Part shown: one piece after another, positions 44,443 to 53,800 of the stretch
Layout: every line of letters starts with the position of its first letter
Numbering within the stretch: the first letter of the stretch is position 1
Source: an uncultured Chthoniobacterales bacterium
Lineage (GTDB): Bacteria; Verrucomicrobiota; Verrucomicrobiia; Chthoniobacterales; UBA10450
Length of the DNA: 64,000 bases
Assembly (NCBI GenBank): GCA_964236815.1
Contig: CAXSFN010000020.1
Span: forward strand, 487-64,486
Reading direction: 5' to 3'
The notes under the pieces: model-generated
The model's input: the letters and a program-made list of their open reading frames with translations, nothing else
Told to the model about the DNA's origin: nothing
Databases searched by the model: none
Translations under genes and position numbers: made by a program

Positions 44443-45236
44443 TGGACGGACCAGCTGCGGCGAGCAGCGATGACTTCGTCGGATTGCTGCGGCAAAAAGG
44501 GCTCATTGGTCATTCGGGTCCCGTCGGGCCGGTGACCGCGGATATTCCGCAGACCCAAGCGACCACCATTCTCGCCTTCAAGTTTCAGGGGGGCGTTCTC
44601 GTGGCCGGCGACCGGCGCGCAACCGCGGGAAATACGGTGGTCTTCGACCGCGCGGATAAAGTTCTCGAAATCGACCGGCATTCAATCATGGCGATCGCCG
44701 GTGTGCCGGCGACGGCATGGGAAATGGCGCGCGTGCTCGAACATTCGTTCCAATTTTTTCGGCGGACGCAATTGCAGGAAATGAGCGTGGACGGAAAGGT
44801 GCGCGCGCTTTCGAAATTGCTGCGGGACAACTTTGGTTTCGTCATGCAAGGGGTGGGGATTGTGGTGCCGATCTTCGCCACTTACGACAATGGCGCGGAG
44901 CCGGCGGCGCGTTTGTACTTTTACGATGCGATGGGCGCGAATTTTGAAGTTACCGATTACGCGGCGACCGGCTCCGGTTCACCCGCGGTCCGCGGCGTTC
45001 TTTATTACGAAAATAACTGGGGCAAGAAATCGCTCTTGCAGCTGGATGAGGATGAGGCGGTCACGGTGGCTCTGCGCGCTCTCGACACCGCGGCGGAATC
45101 CGACACCGCCACCGGCGGAGTGGATCGCAACGGGAAAATATTTCCCGTGATCAAGATTGTCGCGCGCGAGGGAATCAGGACGCTGCCGGACAAGCAGATC
45201 AGCGCGTTGTTTAAACGCGGAGTGGGCTTGCGATGA
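44442..45236 (+). CDS. prcB: 20S proteasome beta subunit
   Basis: Propeptide followed by TTILAFKFQGGVLVAGDRRATAGN (N-terminal nucleophile Thr), ...ATGSGS..., ...DTATGG. Collinear with actinobacterial PrcB. ATG 44442 preferred over the track GTG 44211. Confidence 0.9.
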   Translation: MDGPAAASSDDFVGLLRQKGLIGHSGPVGPVTADIPQTQATTILAFKFQGGVLVAGDRRATAGNTVVFDRADKVLEIDRHSIMAIAGVPATAWEMARVLEHSFQFFRRTQLQEMSVDGKVRALSKLLRDNFGFVMQGVGIVVPIFATYDNGAEPAARLYFYDAMGANFEVTDYAATGSGSPAVRGVLYYENNWGKKSLLQLDEDEAVTVALRALDTAAESDTATGGVDRNGKIFPVIKIVAREGIRTLPDKQISALFKRGVGLR

Positions 45237-46021
45237 TTGAAGAACCGTATCGATGGGTCGAAGCGGTCTCGAATCGCCGCGAGTATATCGAGACCCAACT
45301 CGCGGCCGGAAGTCCGATCGCGGCGGTCGGATGTCGTGAGGGAATTTTGTTCCTGACGCTCGGTCGAAATCGCCAGAAAATTTTCGAGATTTACGATCGA
45401 ATCGCGATGGGTGCGATCGGACATCCCGGCGATATCGAACGTTTGCGAATGGCGGCAATTGAGCTGGCGAGCGCAGAAGGATTCACGCGCTCGGCCGCGG
45501 ATGTATCGCTGCGCCGACTGGCCTACTACTCCCTGAGCCCGATGCTGAAGGCGGCCTTCGAGCAAATTTACGGCGCGCCCTATTTGGCCCGCATGTTGTT
45601 CGCGGAGCTGGGCGATAAACCGGAGAACGATCTTTTTCTGCGAGTCGAGTACGACGGCGCGATTGCAACCAATGGCGCCACACTGGCGGCGGAAGCGCGG
45701 CAGGATTTCGGCGCCCTGAGCGGAACGCGGATTTCGACGGAGCTGATGGAAACTTTTCTGAAACGAGAACACGATGGGACTGCGACCAAACAGCGCGCGC
45801 TGAAGACGGCGCTGCAAGCGTGGAGCGTCGGCAATCTTGCTCTCGGTGAAGGTGGCGCCCGAGAGCTGCCGGCGAAAGATGCGATTGCATCAAACGTGCA
45901 GGAGCAGTTGCGGAGTAACGCGGTGGAAGCAGCGATCCTGGAGCGCGACGGCAAAATGACGATCCGTTACCGCCCATTGACCGAGGACGAAATTCAAGCA
46001 GCGTGGCGGCCTAACGAGTGA
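45233..46021 (+). CDS. prcA: 20S proteasome alpha subunit
   Basis: 262 aa. ATGA overlap with prcB. IAAVGCREGILFLT...KIFEIYDRIAMGAIGHPGD resembles PrcA and lacks the catalytic Thr. Confidence 0.85.
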   Translation: MIEEPYRWVEAVSNRREYIETQLAAGSPIAAVGCREGILFLTLGRNRQKIFEIYDRIAMGAIGHPGDIERLRMAAIELASAEGFTRSAADVSLRRLAYYSLSPMLKAAFEQIYGAPYLARMLFAELGDKPENDLFLRVEYDGAIATNGATLAAEARQDFGALSGTRISTELMETFLKREHDGTATKQRALKTALQAWSVGNLALGEGGARELPAKDAIASNVQEQLRSNAVEAAILERDGKMTIRYRPLTEDEIQAAWRPNE

Positions 46022-46794
46022 TGAAACGCGCGCTGGCTTGGGCGGGCGTAGCGCTGATGGCGTTGTCGCTGCTCTGGCTTGAGCTGCTGCCGGCGCTTCC
46101 GCATTCGCGACTGACGCATCCTAATGAGAAACAAGGCGGTCCGGTTTCGCTCGTGATCATCGACGCGGGTCACGGTGGAAAAGATTCCGGTACGATGCGG
46201 AATGATATTCTCGAGAAAGATCTGGCACTTGATGTCGCTCGCCGTCTGGAGCGACTGACGCAGGCGAGGGGTTTCGCGACTTTGATGACGCGCCGCGGCG
46301 ACGAATCGATTTCACTGGCGAATCGGGCGGCAGCGGCAAATCGCGAGCGTGATTGCATCTTCGTCAGCATTCATTTCGACGAAGGAGCGCGCGCGGAAGC
46401 GACAGGCGTGCAGACGTTTTATGCGGTCCGGCAAATCCCAAGAACGATAGGTCTTCCGTCATGGCTTCCGTTTCTGCAGCCGGTCGTGGTCGCTCCGAAC
46501 AACCTCGAGAGCCAAAGCCTGGCGGGTTTTGTCCAAGAATCGCTCGTGGCCGGCACGCGTGCGTTCGACCGCGGCACGCATGCCGAACAATTTTATGTAG
46601 TCGCGAATGTCCGGCACCCGGCGGTACTGGTGGAAGGTGGTTTTCTCACCAACAATGACGACCTGACGAAGCTAGCGACGAACGAATATCGAGAGCAACT
46701 GGCGGGTGCAATCGCGGAAGGATTGGTGCGTTACCGCGCGGTCGCGAGCGAGCGATCACTCAACCTGGCCGTGGTGCACGACTCGTCTGAATAG
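46021..46794 (+). CDS. N-acetylmuramoyl-L-alanine amidase (Amidase_3)
   Basis: Signal/TM segment, then VIIDAGHGGKDSGT, FVSIHFD, ...PAVLVEGGFLTN. ATG 46021 shares one base with the prcA stop (GTG 46018 is the alternative), so it is probably co-transcribed. Confidence 0.85.
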   Translation: MKRALAWAGVALMALSLLWLELLPALPHSRLTHPNEKQGGPVSLVIIDAGHGGKDSGTMRNDILEKDLALDVARRLERLTQARGFATLMTRRGDESISLANRAAAANRERDCIFVSIHFDEGARAEATGVQTFYAVRQIPRTIGLPSWLPFLQPVVVAPNNLESQSLAGFVQESLVAGTRAFDRGTHAEQFYVVANVRHPAVLVEGGFLTNNDDLTKLATNEYREQLAGAIAEGLVRYRAVASERSLNLAVVHDSSE

Positions 46795-46825
46795 CGGATT
46801 ACGCGGGGCGTCGAATCAAACAGTC

Positions 46826-47542
46826 ATGAAAGCAGCAGCATTTTATTTCGCGAGCTTACTGCTCATCGGCGTGGCGCGGGGCCAGTCGGACTCGACTCTC
46901 GCTTCCGTGCAACAAACATTGAAAGACCAGGGTTTTTACTACGGTGAGGTGACGGGGAAGAAAGATGCGGACACGACCGCTGCAGTTCGCCGATATCAGA
47001 TTCGCAACGGGCTCCAGATTACAGGCGAACTTAATGCGGAGACGCAAAAATCTCTTGGGATCAAGGGCGCCACTTACGCGCCGCCGCGCGCGACGCCTCC
47101 ACCTTTGCCGCGTGCGATTGCCACCCCGGCGATGTCACCGAAGTTGCGCGTCGATCGAGAGCCGCTACAGCTCTCGCCGGGATATTCGCCGAGTGAAATG
47201 GTCCCGACGGCGAGCGGAATTTTCGATGGAACGCCCTACGAAAAGGCGCCGGCGGAATCGCAACGCCGGGTCGTCGCGAGTGCGCAAGGAGTGCTGGCGC
47301 GCCGCGGATATTATCACGATTTAATTGACGGAGATTTCGGACCCGGGACGCAATTCGCGTTGCGTGCTTTTCAATCTCGTTTTGGGATGCAGCCGGATGG
47401 AAAATTGAACACGCAAACGCTGGGCGCCATGGGTCTGCTTCCCGGCCAGCGGGTGCCGGGATTAACCGCGAGTCCGCAACGAAGCGGGCGGCGAGCAACG
47501 AGTGTGGCGCCGAACGGCGAGGCGATCTACGAGCCTCGTTAG
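46826..47542 (+). CDS. peptidoglycan-binding (PG_binding_1) repeat protein, secreted
   Basis: ATG 46826 (MKAAAFYFASLLLIGVARG signal peptide). Two LKDQGFYYGEVTGK...AVRRYQ / LARRGYYHDLIDGDFGPGTQFALRAFQ putative PG-binding repeats. Confidence 0.7.
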   Translation: MKAAAFYFASLLLIGVARGQSDSTLASVQQTLKDQGFYYGEVTGKKDADTTAAVRRYQIRNGLQITGELNAETQKSLGIKGATYAPPRATPPPLPRAIATPAMSPKLRVDREPLQLSPGYSPSEMVPTASGIFDGTPYEKAPAESQRRVVASAQGVLARRGYYHDLIDGDFGPGTQFALRAFQSRFGMQPDGKLNTQTLGAMGLLPGQRVPGLTASPQRSGRRATSVAPNGEAIYEPR

Positions 47543-47552
47543 GCCGAACGCT

Positions 47553-48362
47553 TCAGGGCTTATTTTCGAATTGGACTGATTGCAGCTCGGCGAAAACCGT
47601 TCCGATAAAGATCTGCGCTTCGATTCGGAGAACGAGATGGTCCGCGTCGTTCGAAACCCAAACGGTGGCGCGTTTGAATTTCTTATGCGGTGTTAGCTCA
47701 CGATCCTTCCCGATTTTGCTGAGCTGCACGTCAAGTTTGATCGTCTCGTAGTTGCCGGTGGGAACAACCAGAGGTTCGCGTCCCAAAACGGTGATGGTGC
47801 AGAGATATGGCGTCGTCCCGGGATAAACGACGACGTGCTCGACCGCGCCTTCCGCGAGCGTCCCGCTCCGCAAATAAAGCATGGCGGAGTTGAGGCTGAG
47901 CACATTCGTGAAATCGAAAGTGCGTGTCTTCGTCTTCACGTTCGCGCCGTGGCGTTCCTCGCGGCGGCTGGTGGCGCGTTCCGGCGTAAAGTCCACTTCG
48001 GTCTCAAGCGTTTTGTTTCGCGTCGTTTCCGTTTCACGGGACTGGATGGGACGAAAGGTGTGCGCATCCGAAAGGCTGATGTTGTGGACATCGAACTTCC
48101 ATAAAGTGCGGGCCCATCCGGTCGTGCCGCCGGTGGTTTCGAGACGGAAATGGCCGTCGGCAGTTTTGCTGAGGCGCAAGTCCGCCGTCGCGGCGGTGAG
48201 TCCGTTCCAACCGAAATTATATTGCACGTGCGCGGGTCTCAGCGCTGATGGCCCGGGTGCCAAAGGTTTGATGGCGCTTTCCCAATCCGCGGCGCCGATT
48301 GAGTTCGGAGCGAGAAGCGCGAGTGAGAACGCGAGGAAGAAAATCGATTTCAAACGGCCCAT
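47553..48362 (-). CDS. DUF3108 domain-containing protein, secreted
   Basis: Start moved to ATG 48362 (MGRLKSIFFLAFSLALLAP signal peptide), because the track ATG 48395 directly abuts the U-tract of the skp terminator. Beta-rich body resembling DUF3108. Confidence 0.65.
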   Translation of the reverse strand: MGRLKSIFFLAFSLALLAPNSIGAADWESAIKPLAPGPSALRPAHVQYNFGWNGLTAATADLRLSKTADGHFRLETTGGTTGWARTLWKFDVHNISLSDAHTFRPIQSRETETTRNKTLETEVDFTPERATSRREERHGANVKTKTRTFDFTNVLSLNSAMLYLRSGTLAEGAVEHVVVYPGTTPYLCTITVLGREPLVVPTGNYETIKLDVQLSKIGKDRELTPHKKFKRATVWVSNDADHLVLRIEAQIFIGTVFAELQSVQFENKP

Positions 48363-48395
48363 GGTCCCTGGCGCGGATTGACGGATTTTATTCAT

Positions 48396-48430
48396 AAAAA
48401 AAACACACGCGGGATTGCGCCCGCGTGTGT
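48396..48430 (-). terminator. rho-independent terminator after bamA-skp
   Basis: On the minus strand: ACACACGCGGG-CGCAAT-CCCGCGTGTGT (perfect 11-bp stem, 6-nt loop) followed by TTTTTTT, 27 nt downstream of the skp stop. Confidence 0.7.
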
Positions 48431-48456
48431 TCCTTTTCGAAATTGTAAGCTGAACC

Positions 48457-49095
48457 TTACGGCTTTGCTGGTTTTGCGGGAGTGGCGGCGGCCGGGGAAG
48501 AGGAAGTCGCAGAGTCGCTGGAAGTGCGGCTGGCTTTGTTCAGGACCGTCATAACGTCGGTAGTGAACTCGACGTTATCGCGCGAGAACAGAAGAAGCGG
48601 CACGCCGTTCAAGCTCATGCCCGATTTGTCGAAAACGAGATCAAGATTGTTGGCTTTAACTTTCTCCATGACCACGTCGGTGATTTCTTTGACGATGCCT
48701 TCGCGCATCCGCAGCGCTTGTTCCTGGAGCTGACGCTCACGCGTCTGGCGGAATTCATTGATCTCGCGCTCCATGTTTTTGATGTTGGCGATCTTTTCGT
48801 CGCGCTCTTTGGCTTTGGTGGATTTCGCATCCGCGCTCAGGGCCGGAGCTTCGAGCTGCTGATTGAGTTTGTTGATTTCGTCGAGCGCTTTTTTATAGGC
48901 GTCGGCGCGGTCATCGTATTCTTTCTTCGCCGCATTCTTGGCGTCATTGATTTTAGCCTCGGCGTCCTTCGTTTTGTTGAATTCCTTGAAGGCACGATTC
49001 ATATCGACGGTGCCGATTTTCATCGTGCCCTGCGCAAAGGTGGCAATCGGCAAGGCGAGCGAAGCGAGCAGGACGGCGGAGAGGATCTTTTTCAT
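48457..49095 (-). CDS. skp: OmpH/Skp family periplasmic chaperone
   Basis: ATG 49095 (MKKILSAVLLASLALPIATFAQG). Lys/Glu-rich coiled body typical of OmpH. Located directly after bamA. Confidence 0.8.
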   Translation of the reverse strand: MKKILSAVLLASLALPIATFAQGTMKIGTVDMNRAFKEFNKTKDAEAKINDAKNAAKKEYDDRADAYKKALDEINKLNQQLEAPALSADAKSTKAKERDEKIANIKNMEREINEFRQTRERQLQEQALRMREGIVKEITDVVMEKVKANNLDLVFDKSGMSLNGVPLLLFSRDNVEFTTDVMTVLNKASRTSSDSATSSSPAAATPAKPAKP

Positions 49096-49142
49096 AAAAT
49101 GGTAATTCGGAAAGGGTATAGACCCTGAGGGCATGGGTTCGT

Positions 49143-51449
49143 TCAAAATTGATAACCGACGTTGAAATTAAATTTCCCGCCGCGGCCATTGTTCCCGCCC
49201 GTCTGGACAGGGATGCCGTAATCAAGACGTAAAGGTCCCACGGGCAGGTCAAGACGCAAACCCAATCCCACGTCGGAGGCGAAGCGCCCATTGAAATCGA
49301 ATGCTCCGGTAGCAACGAAACCCGTGTCGTAAAAGACCGCGCCGCGCACTTTTTCGATGATCGGGAAAGTGAACTCAACTGTGCCGCGCGCCAGTGTGCC
49401 TCCACCGAGCGGCTCGCCGTTGTTATCCTTCGGACCGACGTCGCGGTAATTGAAGCCCCGCAAATTGTTTGTGCCCCCAAGAAAAAGCCGGTCGAAAATC
49501 GGCACACGGTCGTCGCTGCCCCATGCGTCCACTGCTGCCACCTCGCCGTTGAAGAGCAGGATCGTATCGAAAGGCAGGTGAAAATACTGAGACGCTTCCA
49601 GGTCCAGACCGTAAAGCTGAGTGTCTCCGCCGAGGAACCCGCCCGAGACCGAGGGCGTAAAAACAATCCGCTGTCCACTATGGGTGAGGAACGGATTATC
49701 GCGCGTATCAAAGACCAGGCTGGGGGTAATCTGGCTTTTGGTTCGCGTTCCTTGGTCGATCAGAATGGCATTCGAAACGCTGCTGGAAACGTTAAAGATA
49801 TCGATCTCCTCCAAGCGATACTCAACGCTGGCCGATAGAAATTTGGTGATGGGCTTGCGGGCCGTGAGCGAGATGCCGTAGTTCCGCTGATCGTAAACTG
49901 AACTGAGGAAATTTGCCTCGTTGTAAAAAAGCGTGCCGCCGACGGAAAGCGCGCGATCGAGGAAATACGGTTCGGTTAAGGCCAGGACAAAATCTTTACG
50001 CTGCGAGCCGCCCTGGAGACGAAGCCGGAATTTCTGGCCGCCGCCGGTGAAATTCGGCCAGTTCAACAAATCGAAATTTCCCTGGGTCAACTCCGCGAAG
50101 CCGACAAAGCTGTCGATCGTGCTGAATCCGACACCGAAGTTGAGCGAGCCGGTGCGTTTCTCCTCTACCTGCACGACTAAATCTTTCCGTGTTGGCACCG
50201 CGGTGTCGTCCGGATAAGTCTCGACGTGTGAGAAGTAGCCGAGGTTATCGAGCCGCTTTTTCGAAACGTCGACGCGTGTCGTGCTGTAAATATCTCCAGG
50301 CGCAATCAGCACCTCACGGCGGATGACTTTATCTTTCGTGCGGGTGTTGCCGATGATGTTGATGCGCTGCACGAAGGCGCGCTCGCCTTCTTGAATCGTG
50401 TATGTGACATCGATTTTGGCTGGGCCTGCCGGCACGCCTTGCGGTTGCACGACCAGATCGACGAAGCCGCCGCTGCCGTAGCCGTCGGCGATTTTCTTCG
50501 CGTCGTCTCGGATCGCTTTCGGCGAATAAATATCGCCTTCCTTCACTTTAAGAATGGCGCGCACTCGTTCCGGTGTGGTCACTTTCGTGCCCTTCACCGC
50601 AATCTTGCCGACATGATATTTGGCCCCCTGCACCACTGGGATCACCATCATCATGTGGCCGCCGGTTCGCTCCCGGCGGATGTCGTTGATCTCAATGTCG
50701 ATGTAGCCGTGGTTCTGATACCACTCGCGCACCGCATCGAGATCCTGCTGGAATTGCGATTCGTCGAGCCGGCCTGATTTATCGAGGAAGGAGATGATCG
50801 TTTTCGGCTTCGTTTTCATCTGCTTGCGCAGAACCCGATCGCTAAACGCGGTGTTCCCTTCGAATCGAATCCGGCTCACGGTGCCTTTTGCGCCTTCGTT
50901 CACCGTGAAAACGAGGCGGGAAGTGCCGCGGGCCTCATTTGCATCCACGCGATACTGGACGTCGATGTCGTTGTAGCCCTTGGCGCGGTAGGCATCGATG
51001 ATGTCTTGCTTGGCCGTGCCGATCGCGTCCTCATTCAAGGGCGCATTGACCTTGACCTTGATCATCTTGCGTAGCGCCTTGGCCGAAACCCGCGTGGCGC
51101 CATCGATTTCGATCTCATTCACGATCGCGCGCGTTTGCACGGCTACGATCACTTTCACTTCATCAGGGTTGCTGGCGGCTTCGCCGAAGATACGGACATT
51201 CTGCACCTGCCCGGTGGCATAAAGCCCGCGGATGTCCTGCTCCACGATCGTATCGGAATAAATCTGTCCGACCTTGGTGCGCATCTGGGCCAGAATTTTT
51301 TCGCGGCTGATTGTTTCCGGGCCGGTGTACTGGACCTCGATGGAATGAATCCGGATACCGGAGGTCTGGGCGCGCGCGGCAGGCAGGAAAGCCAGGGCTA
51401 AAAGAAAGAAGCAGAGGGTACTGCGGACAAAACCGGCGAAATTTTTCAT
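49143..51449 (-). CDS. bamA: outer membrane protein assembly factor BamA
   Basis: 768 aa. Signal peptide, five POTRA-like repeats, C-terminal 16-strand barrel ending ...FNFNVGYQF. Confidence 0.95.
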   Translation of the reverse strand: MKNFAGFVRSTLCFFLLALAFLPAARAQTSGIRIHSIEVQYTGPETISREKILAQMRTKVGQIYSDTIVEQDIRGLYATGQVQNVRIFGEAASNPDEVKVIVAVQTRAIVNEIEIDGATRVSAKALRKMIKVKVNAPLNEDAIGTAKQDIIDAYRAKGYNDIDVQYRVDANEARGTSRLVFTVNEGAKGTVSRIRFEGNTAFSDRVLRKQMKTKPKTIISFLDKSGRLDESQFQQDLDAVREWYQNHGYIDIEINDIRRERTGGHMMMVIPVVQGAKYHVGKIAVKGTKVTTPERVRAILKVKEGDIYSPKAIRDDAKKIADGYGSGGFVDLVVQPQGVPAGPAKIDVTYTIQEGERAFVQRINIIGNTRTKDKVIRREVLIAPGDIYSTTRVDVSKKRLDNLGYFSHVETYPDDTAVPTRKDLVVQVEEKRTGSLNFGVGFSTIDSFVGFAELTQGNFDLLNWPNFTGGGQKFRLRLQGGSQRKDFVLALTEPYFLDRALSVGGTLFYNEANFLSSVYDQRNYGISLTARKPITKFLSASVEYRLEEIDIFNVSSSVSNAILIDQGTRTKSQITPSLVFDTRDNPFLTHSGQRIVFTPSVSGGFLGGDTQLYGLDLEASQYFHLPFDTILLFNGEVAAVDAWGSDDRVPIFDRLFLGGTNNLRGFNYRDVGPKDNNGEPLGGGTLARGTVEFTFPIIEKVRGAVFYDTGFVATGAFDFNGRFASDVGLGLRLDLPVGPLRLDYGIPVQTGGNNGRGGKFNFNVGYQF

Positions 51450-51582
51450 AGGTAAAACTCAGGCGGCACGAAGCCCGGCCTGAAAGGAGCGCATATTAGT
51501 TGGTAAGGAGCGAGGAGTCGTCAAGGCACGATTTTCGCAGGCCGCGCAGTTCCACGAGGGAGAATGAACGCACTCAGGAGGG

Positions 51583-52683
51583 CTAATTCAAGAGTTCGTA
51601 CCAATTATTCCGGCGGCGTGGTTCGTAGCCAGCCTCGCGGATGAGCCGTTCGATTTGCCCCGCATCCAGGCGAAAAGTTGTGCCCGCGCTGCTCACCACA
51701 TTTTCTTCCATCATGACGGAACCGAAATCGTTCGCACCGTATTTTAACGCCACCTGTCCGATGTCCGGACCCTGCGTTACCCATGAGCTTTGCACGTTGG
51801 GAAAATTATCAAGGAAGATGCGGGCCAGCGCCTGCATCCGCAGGTATTCCGCCACGCCAACGGGATGCTTCACTTTCAGGACGGTGTTTTCGGGTTGAAA
51901 GGTCCAACAGATAAATGCGGTGAAGCCGCCGCTCGCATCTTGCTGATCGCGCAAGCGCTGCAAATGCTCGATCCGATCTTCGATTGTCTCCACGTGACCG
52001 AACATCATGGTCGCGCTCGACTTTAATCCCTCTTCGTGCGCGATCTGCATCACCTGCAGCCATTGGTCGCTCTTGCACTTCAAGGGCGCGATGCGTTGCC
52101 GCACCCGATCAACCAGGATCTCGCCACCGCCGCCAGGAATCGAGCCGAGCCCCGCCGACTTGAAGGCGCGAATAATTTCTCGCAACGGCATCGCAAAAAC
52201 TTCCGCGAAATGCTGGAACTCCGGCGGACTGAATCCGTGGATATTGATCTGCGGATATTTTTCGCGGATGTGGTGAAGAAGATTGATATACCAATCGAAT
52301 TGCAGGTCCGGATGGTGCCCGCCTTGCATAAGAATTTGAACACCGCCCGCGGCGGAAAGTTCGTCGAGCTTCTGATCGAGCTGCTCGAAACTCAGCACGT
52401 AATGATCGGCATCTTTTTTCGTGCGATAGAACGCGCAAAACTTGCAGTAAACATTGCAGACATTCGTGTAGTTGATGTTGCGATCGATGATGTAAGTCAC
52501 GATTTCCCTTCCGCGGTCATCGTAGCTGGCGCGCTTGGCCAGGTCGCGCCGAGCATTGGCCAGCTGGCCTAATTCTCCGAGCGGCGCGCGGTAAAGCTCG
52601 AGCGCCTCAGCGCCGGTGATGCGCTCACCGTCGAGGATTTTGTCGGTCAAAGATTTCGCTGCCAGTGCCACCATCATCTCCAA
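51583..52683 (-). CDS. radical SAM menaquinone (futalosine pathway) enzyme, MqnC/MqnE family
   Basis: 366 aa. NINYTNVCNVYCKFCAFY (CxxxCxxC), QGGHHPDL, GSIPGGGGEIL, MMFGHVE, GGFTAFICWTFQPENT. I lean towards MqnC but cannot separate it from MqnE by eye. Confidence 0.8.
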   Translation of the reverse strand: MEMMVALAAKSLTDKILDGERITGAEALELYRAPLGELGQLANARRDLAKRASYDDRGREIVTYIIDRNINYTNVCNVYCKFCAFYRTKKDADHYVLSFEQLDQKLDELSAAGGVQILMQGGHHPDLQFDWYINLLHHIREKYPQINIHGFSPPEFQHFAEVFAMPLREIIRAFKSAGLGSIPGGGGEILVDRVRQRIAPLKCKSDQWLQVMQIAHEEGLKSSATMMFGHVETIEDRIEHLQRLRDQQDASGGFTAFICWTFQPENTVLKVKHPVGVAEYLRMQALARIFLDNFPNVQSSWVTQGPDIGQVALKYGANDFGSVMMEENVVSSAGTTFRLDAGQIERLIREAGYEPRRRNNWYELLN

Positions 52684-52862
52684 CTTAAGCGAGCGCGCTC
52701 CTCAGCGCACGAAGATCATTCAATTTCCACCTGCACCTGCGCGAGGAATACGCCGCATGTTATTTGAGACGGCGAGAAAACTCTCAAAAGAGCATCCAGC
52801 CAGAGTTGCGAAACCCCCATCGTCTTCACGGTTCGGGGCTATCGGTCGAACGCCGAAGCGTG

Positions 52863-53756
52863 TTACTTCGGCAGCTTGTGCTGCTTCAGAAATCGCAACA
52901 ACGCCGAATCAAATTCAGCCGCCTTGTCGATCATCACGAAATGCGAAACGCCTTCCCAAATCTGATAGTCGAGCGCGGGAACGAGGGAGCGCGCGAATTC
53001 CTCATACTCCGGCGTCCACGCCGGTTGTTTTGCCAGGATCATTAGCACCGGCACGTCGATTTGGTCTTGTTCCCACAGCGCCGGATCCATCAACCCTTCC
53101 ATCTCGCTCACCGCCACCTGCTGCGGCGTGCGCATCATCATCGTTTTGATCTGCTCACGTTGTTTCGCGTCTTTGATCGGGGCGGTCATTCCGCTGATGA
53201 AACGACTGGCCGTCTGCTCGTAATCCCGGCCGCGAAGAGGCGCGATGAATTTCTCCATCATCGCCCGGTCACCGAACGGCCGCAGCGCGCCATCCACGAT
53301 CACGAGCGCGCGCACGTATTCGGAAAAACGCCGGTAGAATTGGCGGATCACCGGCGTGCCGTTGCTGTGACCGACCAGGACCGCGGACTTCACTCCCGCC
53401 TCGCGCAGTACCGCCTCGATCGCGCGTGCGTGCAGGTCCATCGTGTACGCGATCTCCGGTTTGTCGCTCTGGCCGTGCCCTGGCAGATCGACCGTGATGA
53501 CATGAAATTGTCGCGCCAAGAAAGCGGCCTGACCGTTCCAAACTGACTCATCACAGTTCCAGCCATGAACGAAGAGCAACGCGAAATCGCCTTCGTTATA
53601 ATCGGTATAATGAACGTGGATGTTATCGAGCGTAGCAAACCGTGCCCGGCCTTTTACCGATTCCGTCGCCGTCGTTTCATGAGTGGAAAGAAACGAAAGA
53701 AGGACCACGCCGGCCAGGATCGTTTGGCCTAACGAGTAGCGACCGGTCGATTTCAT
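52863..53756 (-). CDS. alpha/beta hydrolase, secreted
   Basis: 297 aa. Signal peptide, LLFVHGW, VLVGHSNGTPV (GxSxG), C-terminal ...GVSHFVM. Confidence 0.8.
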   Translation of the reverse strand: MKSTGRYSLGQTILAGVVLLSFLSTHETTATESVKGRARFATLDNIHVHYTDYNEGDFALLFVHGWNCDESVWNGQAAFLARQFHVITVDLPGHGQSDKPEIAYTMDLHARAIEAVLREAGVKSAVLVGHSNGTPVIRQFYRRFSEYVRALVIVDGALRPFGDRAMMEKFIAPLRGRDYEQTASRFISGMTAPIKDAKQREQIKTMMMRTPQQVAVSEMEGLMDPALWEQDQIDVPVLMILAKQPAWTPEYEEFARSLVPALDYQIWEGVSHFVMIDKAAEFDSALLRFLKQHKLPK

Positions 53757-53800
53757 CCGCGACTTATAACCCCGCGCTTCGATGCGGCTAGATCATTTTC

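Noticed and set aside
45005-45817. 270-aa minus-strand ORF across prcB/prcA
   Set aside because: Antisense to two recognisable proteasome subunits. Arg-rich shadow ORF.
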